DNA of 32,000 nt, taken from NCBI RefSeq assembly GCF_000007145.1, contig NC_003902.1, positions 4,973,426 to 5,005,425 of the forward strand. The letters are read 5' to 3'. The notes under the pieces are model-generated. The model saw nothing but the letters and a program-made list of their open reading frames with translations. It had not been told where the DNA came from and did no database searches. The translations under genes were made by a program, and so were the position numbers. This DNA comes from Xanthomonas campestris pv. campestris str. ATCC 33913. Its GTDB lineage: Bacteria > Pseudomonadota > Gammaproteobacteria > Xanthomonadales > Xanthomonadaceae. Shown here one piece after another: positions 17,991 through 26,229 of the stretch (positions within the stretch are counted from its first letter, which is position 1; each line of letters begins with the position of its first letter).

Positions 17991-18501
17991 TCACCCGAAA
18001 TGGATGGTCCACCTTCGCCCGCAGGCTGCCCTTGGTGTGCTCCCAGCGCTTGGTCCACTGCAACTGGCGCGCGTTCTTGATCTGCTTGAGCTTGGACGGC
18101 TTCTCTGCAATCAGGTAGCGCAACTTGCGCTTGCGCGCCATCTCCGCACACTTCTCCAGACCCGTGTAACGGCTATCTCCGCTGAGCGTGTCTTCCTTGC
18201 CATGCAGCAGCTTGTGCGTCTGCGCGATATCGGCGACGTTTGCAGAAAGTGGATGCGCAGCATCGTCTCCAGCCGATACGGCTGTCGCCCCGGCTGCCCC
18301 GACTTGGGATACTGCGGTTCGATCAGTGCCAGCAGGTCCTTCCACGGCACCACCTGATCCATCTCGGCCAGAAACACCTTGCGCCGCGTCTGCTTGCGCT
18401 TGCCGTTGTACTCCGCGTCGCCGAAGGTCAGCTGCATCGAAATCGTCCGCTCGGTTCGTTGATCGATTGTCGCAGATCAGACTGCTTTGTTCAGACCTTC
18501 C
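17985..18501 (-). mobile_element. IS5-family element remnant A (minus orientation): left IR and tnp N-terminus, internal deletion, 3' end missing
   Basis: IR GGAAGGTCTGAACAA ends at 18501 with CTAA at 18502-18505. The InsH-like N-terminus is MQLTFGDAEYNGKRKQTRRKVFLAEMDQVVPWKDLLALIEPQYPKSGQPGRQPYRLETMLRIHFLQ (18437 downward). It then jumps to ...LLHGKEDTLSGDSRYTG...LRAKVDHPFRVIK and ends at ~17985. Confidence 0.8.
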
Positions 18502-18505
18502 CTAA

Positions 18506-18870
18506 ACGCTCGAGGATGCAAGCCATTGGCAACAAACGTGAGCGTGCTCGAGAAGCGCGTTGGGAACACTTCAAAGCCAGCGTACGCGCCAAGGTGGACC
18601 ATCTGTTCCGGTGATCAAGCGGCAGTTTGGTTACACCAAGGTCCGCTATCGCGGCCTGGCCAAGAACATGGCGCAGGTGTTGACGTTGTTTGCGCTGTCA
18701 ACCCTGTGTATGGCGCGCCGGCAGTTGCTGCCTGCCAGGGGGGAATACTGCCTGGCGGCAGCCAAAGCCGCCAGAACGTTGCAGCAATCGCATCGTACGC
18801 AGCATTTTGCGCGTCAGTGACATGCGTGAAACTGGAATTTGGGAGGTCTGATCTGTTGTTCAGACCTTCC
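18506..18870 (+). mobile_element. IS5-family element remnant B (plus orientation): 3' third only, frameshifted transposase tail and right IR
   Basis: Encodes ...RWEHFKASVRAKVDHLFR, a frameshift, then VIKRQFGYTKVRYRGLAKNMAQVLTLFALS... It ends with TTGTTCAGACCTTCC at 18870 followed by CTAA (18871-18874). Its sequence differs from remnant A. Confidence 0.75.
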
Positions 18871-20703
18871 CTAACTCTCAGAAGCGTCAGTCGCTTGTTC
18901 CGGGAGGGAGTACGTTGGAATAGGCGGGAGGAAATCGCGGTTTGTTGGATCGTTGTGGACGAGCAGTTCGCGGGTCTTCCACATCTGAGCCGCTTTGTAG
19001 AGACTGACTCCGTTGATCGGAGAATGCTCGTTGAAGGTGCCAAGATGCGAATTAACAAATGCTTTATGTTCGGCTGTGTCAAGCCGGTCAGACGCCTTCC
19101 AAGGATGCGGGATGCGACGTTGTTGCAGACTATTTGCTAAACCGATGAGCTTGTTCTTAAACACCTCGCGGCTGCTTTCTTTGAGCATTTGTTGGATCCC
19201 ATCCACTTCGCCAAGGACGATGGGAGTTCCCTCCTCACGCTTTTCTGGAATGAAATACGGAGCGTTCTGGACGAAAGGATTCCTGTCTTCGTCGATCGCT
19301 GCGAACAGAGCGTAAACGGTATCTTCGATCTTCTGACGCGCTTGCGTGATTGCCGGATCGTCGTCACTGGGCCTGGCCGCGGAGGACGAGGCGCCGGCAA
19401 CCTGGGGAGTGGAAGGGCCCGCAACGTCCCAGGGACGGGCAAGCGGGGGCCTGCGCGGTCGGAGCTGGTCAAGTGAAGCTTGCAAATGTGCTGGCGCACG
19501 GATCGTGCAATGGTCAGGTAACCCGGAAATACTGGGCGGGAGTGCGCGCAGGTTGTTGCAGCCGCGCAGGTCGAGCTCTTGCAGATTCCGCAGTGCGTCA
19601 ATATTCGATGGCAGCGTTTGCAGAGAGCTGCAGTCCTGCAGGCTGAGTTTCCTAAGCGACCACTGCTGTCCCGAAATCGAAGGGTAATGGCGTAAACGCG
19701 TGCAGCCGCGCAGATCAACCTCTTCCAGCAGGGGGAGGCGATGAATGCTTGTGTTGAGTTCGGTAAGTGGCGAGGAGTTGATTTTTAGGTGGGTCAGATC
19801 TTTCAGGTATTCAAGCGATGACGGGAGCGAGCGGATTCCTGTGCGCGACAGTGTCAGCGTCCGCAGCTTGACCAATCCTTCGCGCTGGCCAGCAGTGTTG
19901 CGAATTGCAAGATGTTCAGGGAGTTCGGTCAGGTTGGGGCAGCTGAAGATGGTGAGCTCTTGCAATTCCCCCAGCCTGGAAATGGACGCAGGCAACGCGC
20001 CGATCGGATTTTGACTCAACGTCAAGGTCCGCAAGTTGGCCAGGTCACTGATGGATTCGGGAAGTTCCAACAAGCCCGCGCCGGCGATGCTCATGTCTTG
20101 AAGATGCCCAAAGCGGAAAGTCTGCTCCGGGAATCGTGGCAGTGGAAGGTATGAGAGATCCAACGATGCAACGTTGTGCGACGCTGCACGCGCTAGATGT
20201 GCCGCGCTTATTCGCAGTGCGACTTCAAGATTTAACTCCGCGCCGGTCACGCTTTCGTTGGCGGAAATCCAGGCCTCGCGCCATTGGTCGGCGTTTGCCG
20301 CGCATTGGTCGCGCCACTCCAAGAGCACACTTTCGTAAGAGCGAAGCTGCGTACTGCGTTGCAGGACCCGGCCGCCCGCTGACACAAGCTGCGCAGACGC
20401 TGTCGTATCAATATTGAACCGCCTGCGTTCGCTGGGATCCAGCTGCGGTATTTCGGACGACTCCAACGCTGCACCAAGCTCATCAAATTCAAGCACATCC
20501 GCAGCGAGTCGCGGCCTGGATGTCTCGCTTCGTGCCCCCGCGTTAGGCTGGCGTCGAGACAGGCCGCTGAGCGGGCCAGGCGCGCGCTGCGTTTGGTCTG
20601 CCGGCGGTGTCCGCTCGTTCCTGACTGCGCCGACAGGCGATTGGGCACGTTGCGGATTGTCCACTGGCGTTTGTCGCGTGAAAAAGCTTGTGATCCGAGG
20701 CAT
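18871..20703 (-). CDS. xopL: Type III secreted effector, XopL-like (LRR domain + C-terminal XL-box E3 ubiquitin ligase-like region)
   Basis: ORF 18871..20733; ATG 20703 is preferred because GTG 20733 sits on the predicted -10. The LRR block (LRSLPSSLEYLKDLTHLKINSSPLTELNTSIHRLPLLEEVDLRGCTRLRHYPSISG...LRGCNNLRALPPSISGLPDHCTIRAPAHLQASLDQLRP) parallels XopL of X. euvesicatoria as I recall it. A perfect PIP box lies upstream, and GC is lower than in the flanks. Confidence 0.85.
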   Translation of the reverse strand: MPRITSFFTRQTPVDNPQRAQSPVGAVRNERTPPADQTQRAPGPLSGLSRRQPNAGARSETSRPRLAADVLEFDELGAALESSEIPQLDPSERRRFNIDTTASAQLVSAGGRVLQRSTQLRSYESVLLEWRDQCAANADQWREAWISANESVTGAELNLEVALRISAAHLARAASHNVASLDLSYLPLPRFPEQTFRFGHLQDMSIAGAGLLELPESISDLANLRTLTLSQNPIGALPASISRLGELQELTIFSCPNLTELPEHLAIRNTAGQREGLVKLRTLTLSRTGIRSLPSSLEYLKDLTHLKINSSPLTELNTSIHRLPLLEEVDLRGCTRLRHYPSISGQQWSLRKLSLQDCSSLQTLPSNIDALRNLQELDLRGCNNLRALPPSISGLPDHCTIRAPAHLQASLDQLRPRRPPLARPWDVAGPSTPQVAGASSSAARPSDDDPAITQARQKIEDTVYALFAAIDEDRNPFVQNAPYFIPEKREEGTPIVLGEVDGIQQMLKESSREVFKNKLIGLANSLQQRRIPHPWKASDRLDTAEHKAFVNSHLGTFNEHSPINGVSLYKAAQMWKTRELLVHNDPTNRDFLPPIPTYSLPEQATDASES

Positions 20704-20775
20704 GCCAGTCCTGATTAGATGCAGTGATGACACTTACCATTATCGAGCCAGGGCGCATTGCATCACAGGCGTAGC

Positions 20776-20800
20776 GCGAAGACTTCATCGGTATGGCGAA
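20776..20800 (-). promoter_or_regulatory. Perfect PIP box (HrpX-binding plant-inducible promoter), TTCGC-N15-TTCGC
   Basis: The minus strand 20800->20776 reads TTCGC CATACCGATGAAGTC TTCGC. GATAAT (20744->20739) starts 32 nt downstream, and the xopL ATG is 36 nt beyond that. Confidence 0.8.
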
Positions 20801-20939
20801 GTCCCGGCACGCACGACAGGTGTTTAGGAAAGCTCTGAACAACGCACCACAGATACGCGACACTATCACCTCTGTTTGATCCCAGGTTTTGATGGTGCAT
20901 TATTTTCCCTCGAATGGAAGGAAGCACGATCGGCCAGGT

Positions 20940-21313
20940 TCTGCATGGAGCGCCACCACGACCGTGTTGTCCGTTGCGGATGAGGCGGCGATTGTCGCTT
21001 TCCGCAAGCACACATTGCTGCCGCTGGAAGACTGTCTCTACGCACTGCAGCCGAGCATCCCGCGTGGACCAACGGGCAGGTTGAGCGGATGAATCGGACG
21101 ATCAAGGAAGCCACTGTCAAAGGCTTCCATTACGACGATCACGCACAACTGCAACAGCATTTGGCCAACTTCATCGACGCCTACAACTACGGTCGCAGGC
21201 TCAAAGCATTGAAGGGTCTGACGCCGTACGAATTCATCTGCAAGCAGTGGACATCCGAACCCGATCTGTTCAAGGTGGATCCGATCCATCTAATGCCGGG
21301 ACTGAACACCTAG
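20940..21313 (+). mobile_element. IS481-family transposase remnant with large internal deletion
   Basis: An N-terminal piece (TVLSVADEAAIVAFRKHTLLPLEDCLYALQPSIP) is joined out of frame near 21065 to the C-terminal piece (NGQVERMNRTIKEATVKGFHYDDHAQLQQHLANFIDAYNYGRRLKALKGLTPYEFICKQWTSEPDLFKVDPIHLMPGLNT). The DDE core is missing. Confidence 0.7.
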
Positions 21314-21474
21314 GCACGCCCAACCCGACGGTGCACCCATGCGTGCCTGCGCCAGCGTTGCGTGACGACCTGCAACGTGGCCGGTGCACTGCCGGCGCCG
21401 CTACCACCCAGGTGGCACCATAGCCAGCCGCGCCGGATGACGAACACGGCGTATGCAGGCGACTCCAGCGCGGC

Positions 21475-21609
21475 CTACTTCAGGTACACGTAGTGCCCAA
21501 ACTTGGCCGTGAACGCGGCCAGCGCAAGCCACAACAACGCCCACGCGACTCGGGCAAACGGCCTGCTACCCGCTAGCTCGACACCTTCGCGCATCGGATC
21601 GACCCGCAT
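21475..21609 (-). CDS. Small (44 aa) hydrophobic-tailed hypothetical protein
   Basis: AAGGAG lies 6 nt before ATG 21609. The sequence MRVDPMREGVELAGSRPFARVAWALLWLALAAFTAKFGHYVYLK has one predicted TM helix. It is below the ORF-track cutoff as an independent start. Confidence 0.4.
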   Translation of the reverse strand: MRVDPMREGVELAGSRPFARVAWALLWLALAAFTAKFGHYVYLK

Positions 21610-21709
21610 GCCCCGCTCCTTCGGCCAGCCTGCTCTAGCCAGCGGAACGCTAGCATGGACATGCAGCAGGAGCGTGGGCGCGATCATAGGTGCGGCGCGG
21701 AGGGAAGAC

Positions 21710-22039
21710 TTACGCCTGGCGCTGCATTGCGTGCGACACCGGGGCAACACCGTCACCGCCCAGCCGCTGCTCGTAAATCTCGTCGACCACACCGCGTACC
21801 GCGCGGGCGGCATTGAAGATGCTCTCGCCCAGAACCGACAGACTGGTGGCGTCCAGCGGCTTGCCGCTGCACACCGCCACCATGTCGCTCTGCGCAGTGA
21901 TCGTGCGCAGCAGCGTATGGAACTGGTCGATCTGCTCGATGGTTACGCCGATGGTGAAGGGCTCTTCGTGCATTTGCAGCTTGGCCGCTGGCGTGGCGCG
22001 TCGCCGAGCGGTAGTCGAAAGGGCTTTCGAAGCAGTCAT
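21710..22039 (-). CDS. Hypothetical protein (109 aa), divergent from XRE regulator
   Basis: GAGGA lies ~8 nt before ATG 22039. No domain recognised with confidence. Confidence 0.5.
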   Translation of the reverse strand: MTASKALSTTARRRATPAAKLQMHEEPFTIGVTIEQIDQFHTLLRTITAQSDMVAVCSGKPLDATSLSVLGESIFNAARAVRGVVDEIYEQRLGGDGVAPVSHAMQRQA

Positions 22040-22086
22040 GGCGTGCGTCCTCGACGTAAGCGGACGAGATATCCGCCACCTAAATT

Positions 22087-22118
22087 TATCCCTTTTTCAG
22101 ATATTTGAAAAGGGGATA
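22087..22118. promoter_or_regulatory. Imperfect palindrome in divergent intergenic region, candidate XRE operator
   Basis: TATCCCTTTTTCAG-ATAT-TTGAAAAGGGGATA has 14-nt arms with 2 mismatches. It lies between the divergent genes at 22039 and 22151. Confidence 0.35.
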
Positions 22119-22150
22119 TAGCTTTAGTGCGGCCTATCAACGTTGCCGCC

Positions 22151-22396
22151 ATGCCAATCAAGTCAATCCATAAAGATCATTACGACATCTTGCTGCAGCA
22201 ACTGCGCGAGCTTCGCCTCTCCGCCGGGCTAACGCAGGTGGCCCTGAGCACTGCGCTGGAGCGCCCGCAGTCGTATGTAAGTGACGTTGAGCGCGGCAGT
22301 CGCCGGATGGATCTTCTTCAGTTGCGGGACTTCTGCAATGCCTGCGGAACCTCACTGACCAAGTTCGTTACCGAGTTCGAGAAGGAACTAAAGTAA
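22151..22396 (+). CDS. XRE-family helix-turn-helix transcriptional regulator
   Basis: ATG 22151 (GTG 22127 is possible). HTH_3-like core LRELRLSAGLTQVALSTALERPQSYVSDVERGSRRMDLLQL. Confidence 0.8.
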   Translation: MPIKSIHKDHYDILLQQLRELRLSAGLTQVALSTALERPQSYVSDVERGSRRMDLLQLRDFCNACGTSLTKFVTEFEKELK

Positions 22397-22420
22397 TCCG
22401 CCATAGCATCGCGTATTGCT

Positions 22421-23317
22421 TCACTTCTGTCTGTTCGGCCCGACCGTCGCCGTAAAGCGCCTAGGCTCACCCGTGATCGGGTCATCGAACGCCAACATGT
22501 GTGCGAACAACTGCAGTGGCCGTTCCGGATCATCGGGCCGCTGATCTTCCAGCTCTGGATAGAAACGGTCATGCAGGATCGGCACGCCCAGGGCGGCCAT
22601 ATGCACGCGCAACTGGTGCTTGCGCCCGGTGACCGGCTCCAGCCGATAGGTCCACATGTCTGCGCCGCGCGCGACCACATCGATCACCGTCTCGCTGTTC
22701 GGCTCGCCCACGCCCTCGCGCATGCGGAAGAACGGCTCGCCCGGCTCCAGCCGGCTGCGATGCACGTATGGAAACGTCAGCGCCGGTAGCGGCGGTGCCA
22801 CCGCCAGATAGTGTTTGTGGATGCGTCGCTCACGAAACAACGCCTGGTAAATCCCGCGTGTTGCCGGATTAGCTGAGAACAGCACCAGCCCGGCGGTATC
22901 GCGGTCGATGCGGTGCAGTGGCACCAGCGATGGATTGTCGAAGCGCCGCACCAGCCGGGCCAGCAAGGTCTCGCGTACATACGCACCTGCGGGGACGACC
23001 GGCAGGAAGTGCGGCTTGCAGGCAACCACAATCTGCCCGTCGGCATGCACCACCGTCTCTACCGCCGAGATGGTGGGCTCATCCGCCACCTCGCGGAAAT
23101 AGTAGATCTCCGCGCCCAGCCGATAGGGCGCAGAAACCTCCAGCGCCTGCTGCTGCGCATCCAGCACACGCCCGCGCGCGAAGCGATCAAGCCACGTGGC
23201 GCCATCCACGCCCGGAAAGCACGCGCATAGCGCCTCAAACACCGTCTGCCAGGGGCCAGCGGGAAGTTGGAACTGGCTGGCGGGAATGCCATCGCGGATG
23301 GGGCGTGGAACGGACAT
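22421..23317 (-). CDS. RluA-family pseudouridine synthase
   Basis: ATG 23317 within ORF 22421..23386. Catalytic motif HRIDRDTAGLVLFS, plus KHYLAV and HQLRVHMA motifs. Confidence 0.85.
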   Translation of the reverse strand: MSVPRPIRDGIPASQFQLPAGPWQTVFEALCACFPGVDGATWLDRFARGRVLDAQQQALEVSAPYRLGAEIYYFREVADEPTISAVETVVHADGQIVVACKPHFLPVVPAGAYVRETLLARLVRRFDNPSLVPLHRIDRDTAGLVLFSANPATRGIYQALFRERRIHKHYLAVAPPLPALTFPYVHRSRLEPGEPFFRMREGVGEPNSETVIDVVARGADMWTYRLEPVTGRKHQLRVHMAALGVPILHDRFYPELEDQRPDDPERPLQLFAHMLAFDDPITGEPRRFTATVGPNRQK

Positions 23318-23677
23318 GGCGGCGGCGAAAGCGCACTCAAGCAAGTAGGCGGGAATCGTACCTTGCCGCAACGACGCCATCTGCAACTGTGCCGCGCCTC
23401 GCCAACGTCACGCGACGTTCGAGCGCTTTCCATGACACACGCGATTGAACCCACACAGCACTCTGATGCGGCCTGGTTGAGGGCATCGATGCTCATGCGC
23501 GTGCGAGTAAGCCGATGCACGCGCAAGCGAGCTCAAGCTGTAGCGCGAAGATCGGGCTCGTGTCGGCTCAAAACCTCGCGCCGATAGCAGATGGGACATT
23601 GCGCGCATCAGCACCGATGGTGTGCTGACAAAACCCGCCGCAGCGGCTATGGTCAAAGCTGGAACGGGGGTTCTTGC

Positions 23678-24514
23678 ATGGGACGCAGAAAGAAACAGAG
23701 CGGGTTTGAAGCGTTGGCTACGTTGCCGTGGCCGGTGGGCGTTGTTGGGGGAATCGTTGCGTATCTGGGCATGCACTACGGCATTGGCTGGTGGTTTTCT
23801 CACCACGGCGGAATGCTGTCGCAGGGCATTGCACAGCAATCAACGGCGATGTTTGGACCACTGGCGTGGATGCTACTCGGCATCTGCTGGCTCGCCGCGC
23901 TGTTCTCCTATCTGGGCGCACGCAGTCGGCGACGCTTTCTGGAAACACGCACAAGCCTGGATAGCCTAGCCGCCGGCGGCTGGCGCCAGTTCGAACTATT
24001 GGTGGGCGAAGCCTTTCGCCGCCAGGGCTACAGCGTCGAAGAAACCGGCCTGGGCGGCGCAGACGGCGGCATCGACCTGATCCTGCGCAAGGACGGCCGC
24101 CGCACGCTAGTGCAATGCAAACAGTGGAAGCGCCAGCAGGTTGGCGTCAGCATCGTGCGAGAAATGTTCGGCTTGCTCGCCCATCACCACGCGCACGCAG
24201 TGAAGATCGCCTGCATCGGAACCTACACTAAGGACGCCGAGCGCTTCGCTGAAGGCAAGCCGATTGAATTGATCGGTGGCGAACAGTTGTTGGACATGAT
24301 CCGAGCAGTGCAACAGCAAGCCACAGCGCAGTCGACGTCGGCACCAGTACGCATCGACCCTGTCTTTGCTTCAACTGAGTCGACTGCCTCCGCAACAATC
24401 GCCACACCAAGTTGCCCGCGTTGCGGAAGCAAGCTTGTACAGAGAAGGAACCGGCGCACGCGCGAGAACTTTCTTGGCTGCAGCCAGTTCCCGAAATGCA
24501 GAGGAACTGCGTAA
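23678..24514 (+). CDS. Membrane-anchored Mrr-type restriction endonuclease domain protein with C-terminal topoisomerase-type zinc ribbon
   Basis: ATG 23678. Two N-terminal TM helices. Mrr_cat-like core (WRQFELLVGEAFRRQGYSVEETGLGGADGGIDLILRKDGRRTLVQCKQWK). C-terminal zinc ribbon CPRCGSKLVQRRNRRTRENFLGCSQFPKC. Confidence 0.8.
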   Translation: MGRRKKQSGFEALATLPWPVGVVGGIVAYLGMHYGIGWWFSHHGGMLSQGIAQQSTAMFGPLAWMLLGICWLAALFSYLGARSRRRFLETRTSLDSLAAGGWRQFELLVGEAFRRQGYSVEETGLGGADGGIDLILRKDGRRTLVQCKQWKRQQVGVSIVREMFGLLAHHHAHAVKIACIGTYTKDAERFAEGKPIELIGGEQLLDMIRAVQQQATAQSTSAPVRIDPVFASTESTASATIATPSCPRCGSKLVQRRNRRTRENFLGCSQFPKCRGTA

Positions 24515-24526
24515 GTGAACCTGACC

Positions 24527-25876
24527 CTGAGGTTTCCCCACATTTCCTCCTGGCAAATCAATCACTTGCGACGTAATTGCCTGGAAGAAAGTGCGCGCAT
24601 GGCGCAATCTTCAAGGTGACTAAGCCAGAGAAGGTTGACGACCATGCGCGCCAGCGAAGTATTGCAGAAGTGCCTGCCCAACTCACTGTCCGGGATGCAT
24701 GCGTTGCGCGAACGCGCGTTGCTGCATGCGGTCGAGGCGTTGTTGCACGGACGCAGGCTGACACTGATGGACATCGCACGTTCGTGGCCGAGCGCACTGC
24801 GGGTGCGCGCGCCGCTCAAGGCAGTTGATCGCCTGTTGAGTAATCGCAATTTGCAGGTCGAGCGATCAGTGATCGACCACGAGATGGCGCACTGGCTGCT
24901 GCGCGGCGCGCAGCCGGTAATCGTCATCGACTGGAGCGATCTGAAGCCAGACAAATCGTGGTGTCTGCTGCGCGCAGCGGTGCCGGTGGGCGGCCGCACG
25001 CTTACCTTGCTGGACATGGTAGTGCCAGGAAAGCAGCAGGGATCGCCTGGTGCAGAAAGACGCTTCTTGCAACAACTGAGGGCACTGGTTCCGGACGATG
25101 TTCGCCCGATCCTGGTCACTGACGCCGGCTTCCGGACACCGTGGTTCCGCGCTGTATCGGCCATGGGCTGGTGTTGGGTTGGGCGACTGCGCGGGCGCAC
25201 GCAAGTCAAGCCGCAGGACGTGCGGGATGAAGCAGATCAGTGGATCGACAGCCGGAAACTGCATGTGTTGGCGTCCAATCGTGCATGCGAGTTACCGCCG
25301 ATGCAGGCCAATCGCAGCGATCCACTCGATTGCAGGTTGGTGATTTACGCCAAGGCACGGCAAGGGCGCAAACAGTGCAATCGCCGCTCACCCGCCAAAG
25401 TCTCGCGTGCGTCATCGAGTCTGAAGGCCGCAGCGCGCGAGCGCGAGCCTTGGCTCATCGTTGCATCCCCGCAGCTGCAGGCGCCCAGCGCAAAGCAGTT
25501 GGTCAATGTGTACGCACGACGGATGCAGATCGAGCTTGCATTTCGCGATCTGAAATCACATCGCTACGGCCAGGCGCTGGAAGACAGTTTGACCCGACGC
25601 GGCGAGCGACTGCAGATCCTGCTGCTGATCAATACGTTGGCTGCATTCGCCAGCTGGTTGGCGGGGCTGGGATGCGAAGCGACCGGTATCGCCCAGTGGC
25701 TGTCTCCTCGCAACAGCACACGCAAGCTTTACTCCACGCTACGCATCGGCCGAGAAGCGCTGGTCAGGCAGTGGCCGATGGAACCCGTCTCACGGTGGAT
25801 AGGGCGCTTGCGCGCACTGCCTGCGGCAGTGCGCGAGCAGATGACGCTTACGGTGTAAAACGTGGGGATACCTTAG
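24527..25876 (+). mobile_element. Intact IS10-like (IS4 family) insertion sequence, 1350 bp
   Basis: The IRs are CTGAGGTTTCCCCACATTT (24527-) and the reverse complement of the right end, CTAAGGTATCCCCACGTTT (-25876), matching at 16/19. A perfect 9-bp target duplication AACCTGACC lies at 24518-24526 and 25877-25885. Confidence 0.9.
24644..25858 (+). CDS. IS4-family (IS10-like) DDE transposase
   Basis: 404 aa from ATG 24644. Collinear with the Tn10/IS10 transposase as I recall it (VIVIDWSDLKPDK, LVTDAGFRTPWF, PWLIVAS, QLVNVYARRMQIELAFRDLKS). Confidence 0.9.
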   Translation: MRASEVLQKCLPNSLSGMHALRERALLHAVEALLHGRRLTLMDIARSWPSALRVRAPLKAVDRLLSNRNLQVERSVIDHEMAHWLLRGAQPVIVIDWSDLKPDKSWCLLRAAVPVGGRTLTLLDMVVPGKQQGSPGAERRFLQQLRALVPDDVRPILVTDAGFRTPWFRAVSAMGWCWVGRLRGRTQVKPQDVRDEADQWIDSRKLHVLASNRACELPPMQANRSDPLDCRLVIYAKARQGRKQCNRRSPAKVSRASSSLKAAAREREPWLIVASPQLQAPSAKQLVNVYARRMQIELAFRDLKSHRYGQALEDSLTRRGERLQILLLINTLAAFASWLAGLGCEATGIAQWLSPRNSTRKLYSTLRIGREALVRQWPMEPVSRWIGRLRALPAAVREQMTLTV

Positions 25877-25881
25877 AACCT

Positions 25882-26055
25882 GACCCTGTCTCTAGTCTTT
25901 GCCTCAGCTGAGTCCACTGCCTCCGCAACAGTCGCTACCCCAAGCTGCGCATGCTGCCGCAGCGCACTTGTGCAGAGAAGGAACCGACGCACCGGCGAGA
26001 ACTTCCTAGGTTGCAGCCAGTTCCCGAAGTGCAGAGGAACTGCGTGAGTGAAACT
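25882..26055 (+). repeat. Second, diverged tandem copy of the Mrr-like gene's 3' end (zinc-ribbon coding fragment, no 5' part)
   Basis: Aligns to 24356-24522 at roughly 85% identity by eye, with a 7-nt insertion. It keeps the frame and stop: VFASAESTASATVATPSCACCRSALVQRRNRRTGENFLGCSQFPKCRGTA*. Confidence 0.8.
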
Positions 26056-26154
26056 GACCCCGTTTTTAAAAAAATCAGCCGCGTGTCGAGTTGGTCGTGT
26101 TACCAGCCTGTTGCTTCCGCCGCGCCATGTCACCGCGCTAAAGTACACCGCCTC

Positions 26155-26184
26155 CTTCCTTTATCCTTACTGATCCACTATATT
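26155..26184 (+). promoter_or_regulatory. Possible sigma70-type promoter of the ParA-like/SIR2-like cassette
   Basis: TTCCTT-N18-TATATT in the AT-rich leader, ~45 nt upstream of ATG 26230. This is a pattern match only. Confidence 0.25.
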
Positions 26185-26229
26185 TTTTATGCTTCGGGGC
26201 ATAAAGTCCCCACCTAGGAAAAACAAAGA

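Noticed and set aside
17737-18345. The 202-aa minus-strand ORF spanning the IS5 remnant and flanking DNA.
   Set aside because: It is a chimera. Only the central part is the IS5 transposase C-terminal fragment. The start lies in the deleted transposase region and the tail reads out of the IS into the antisense of the lipoprotein gene.
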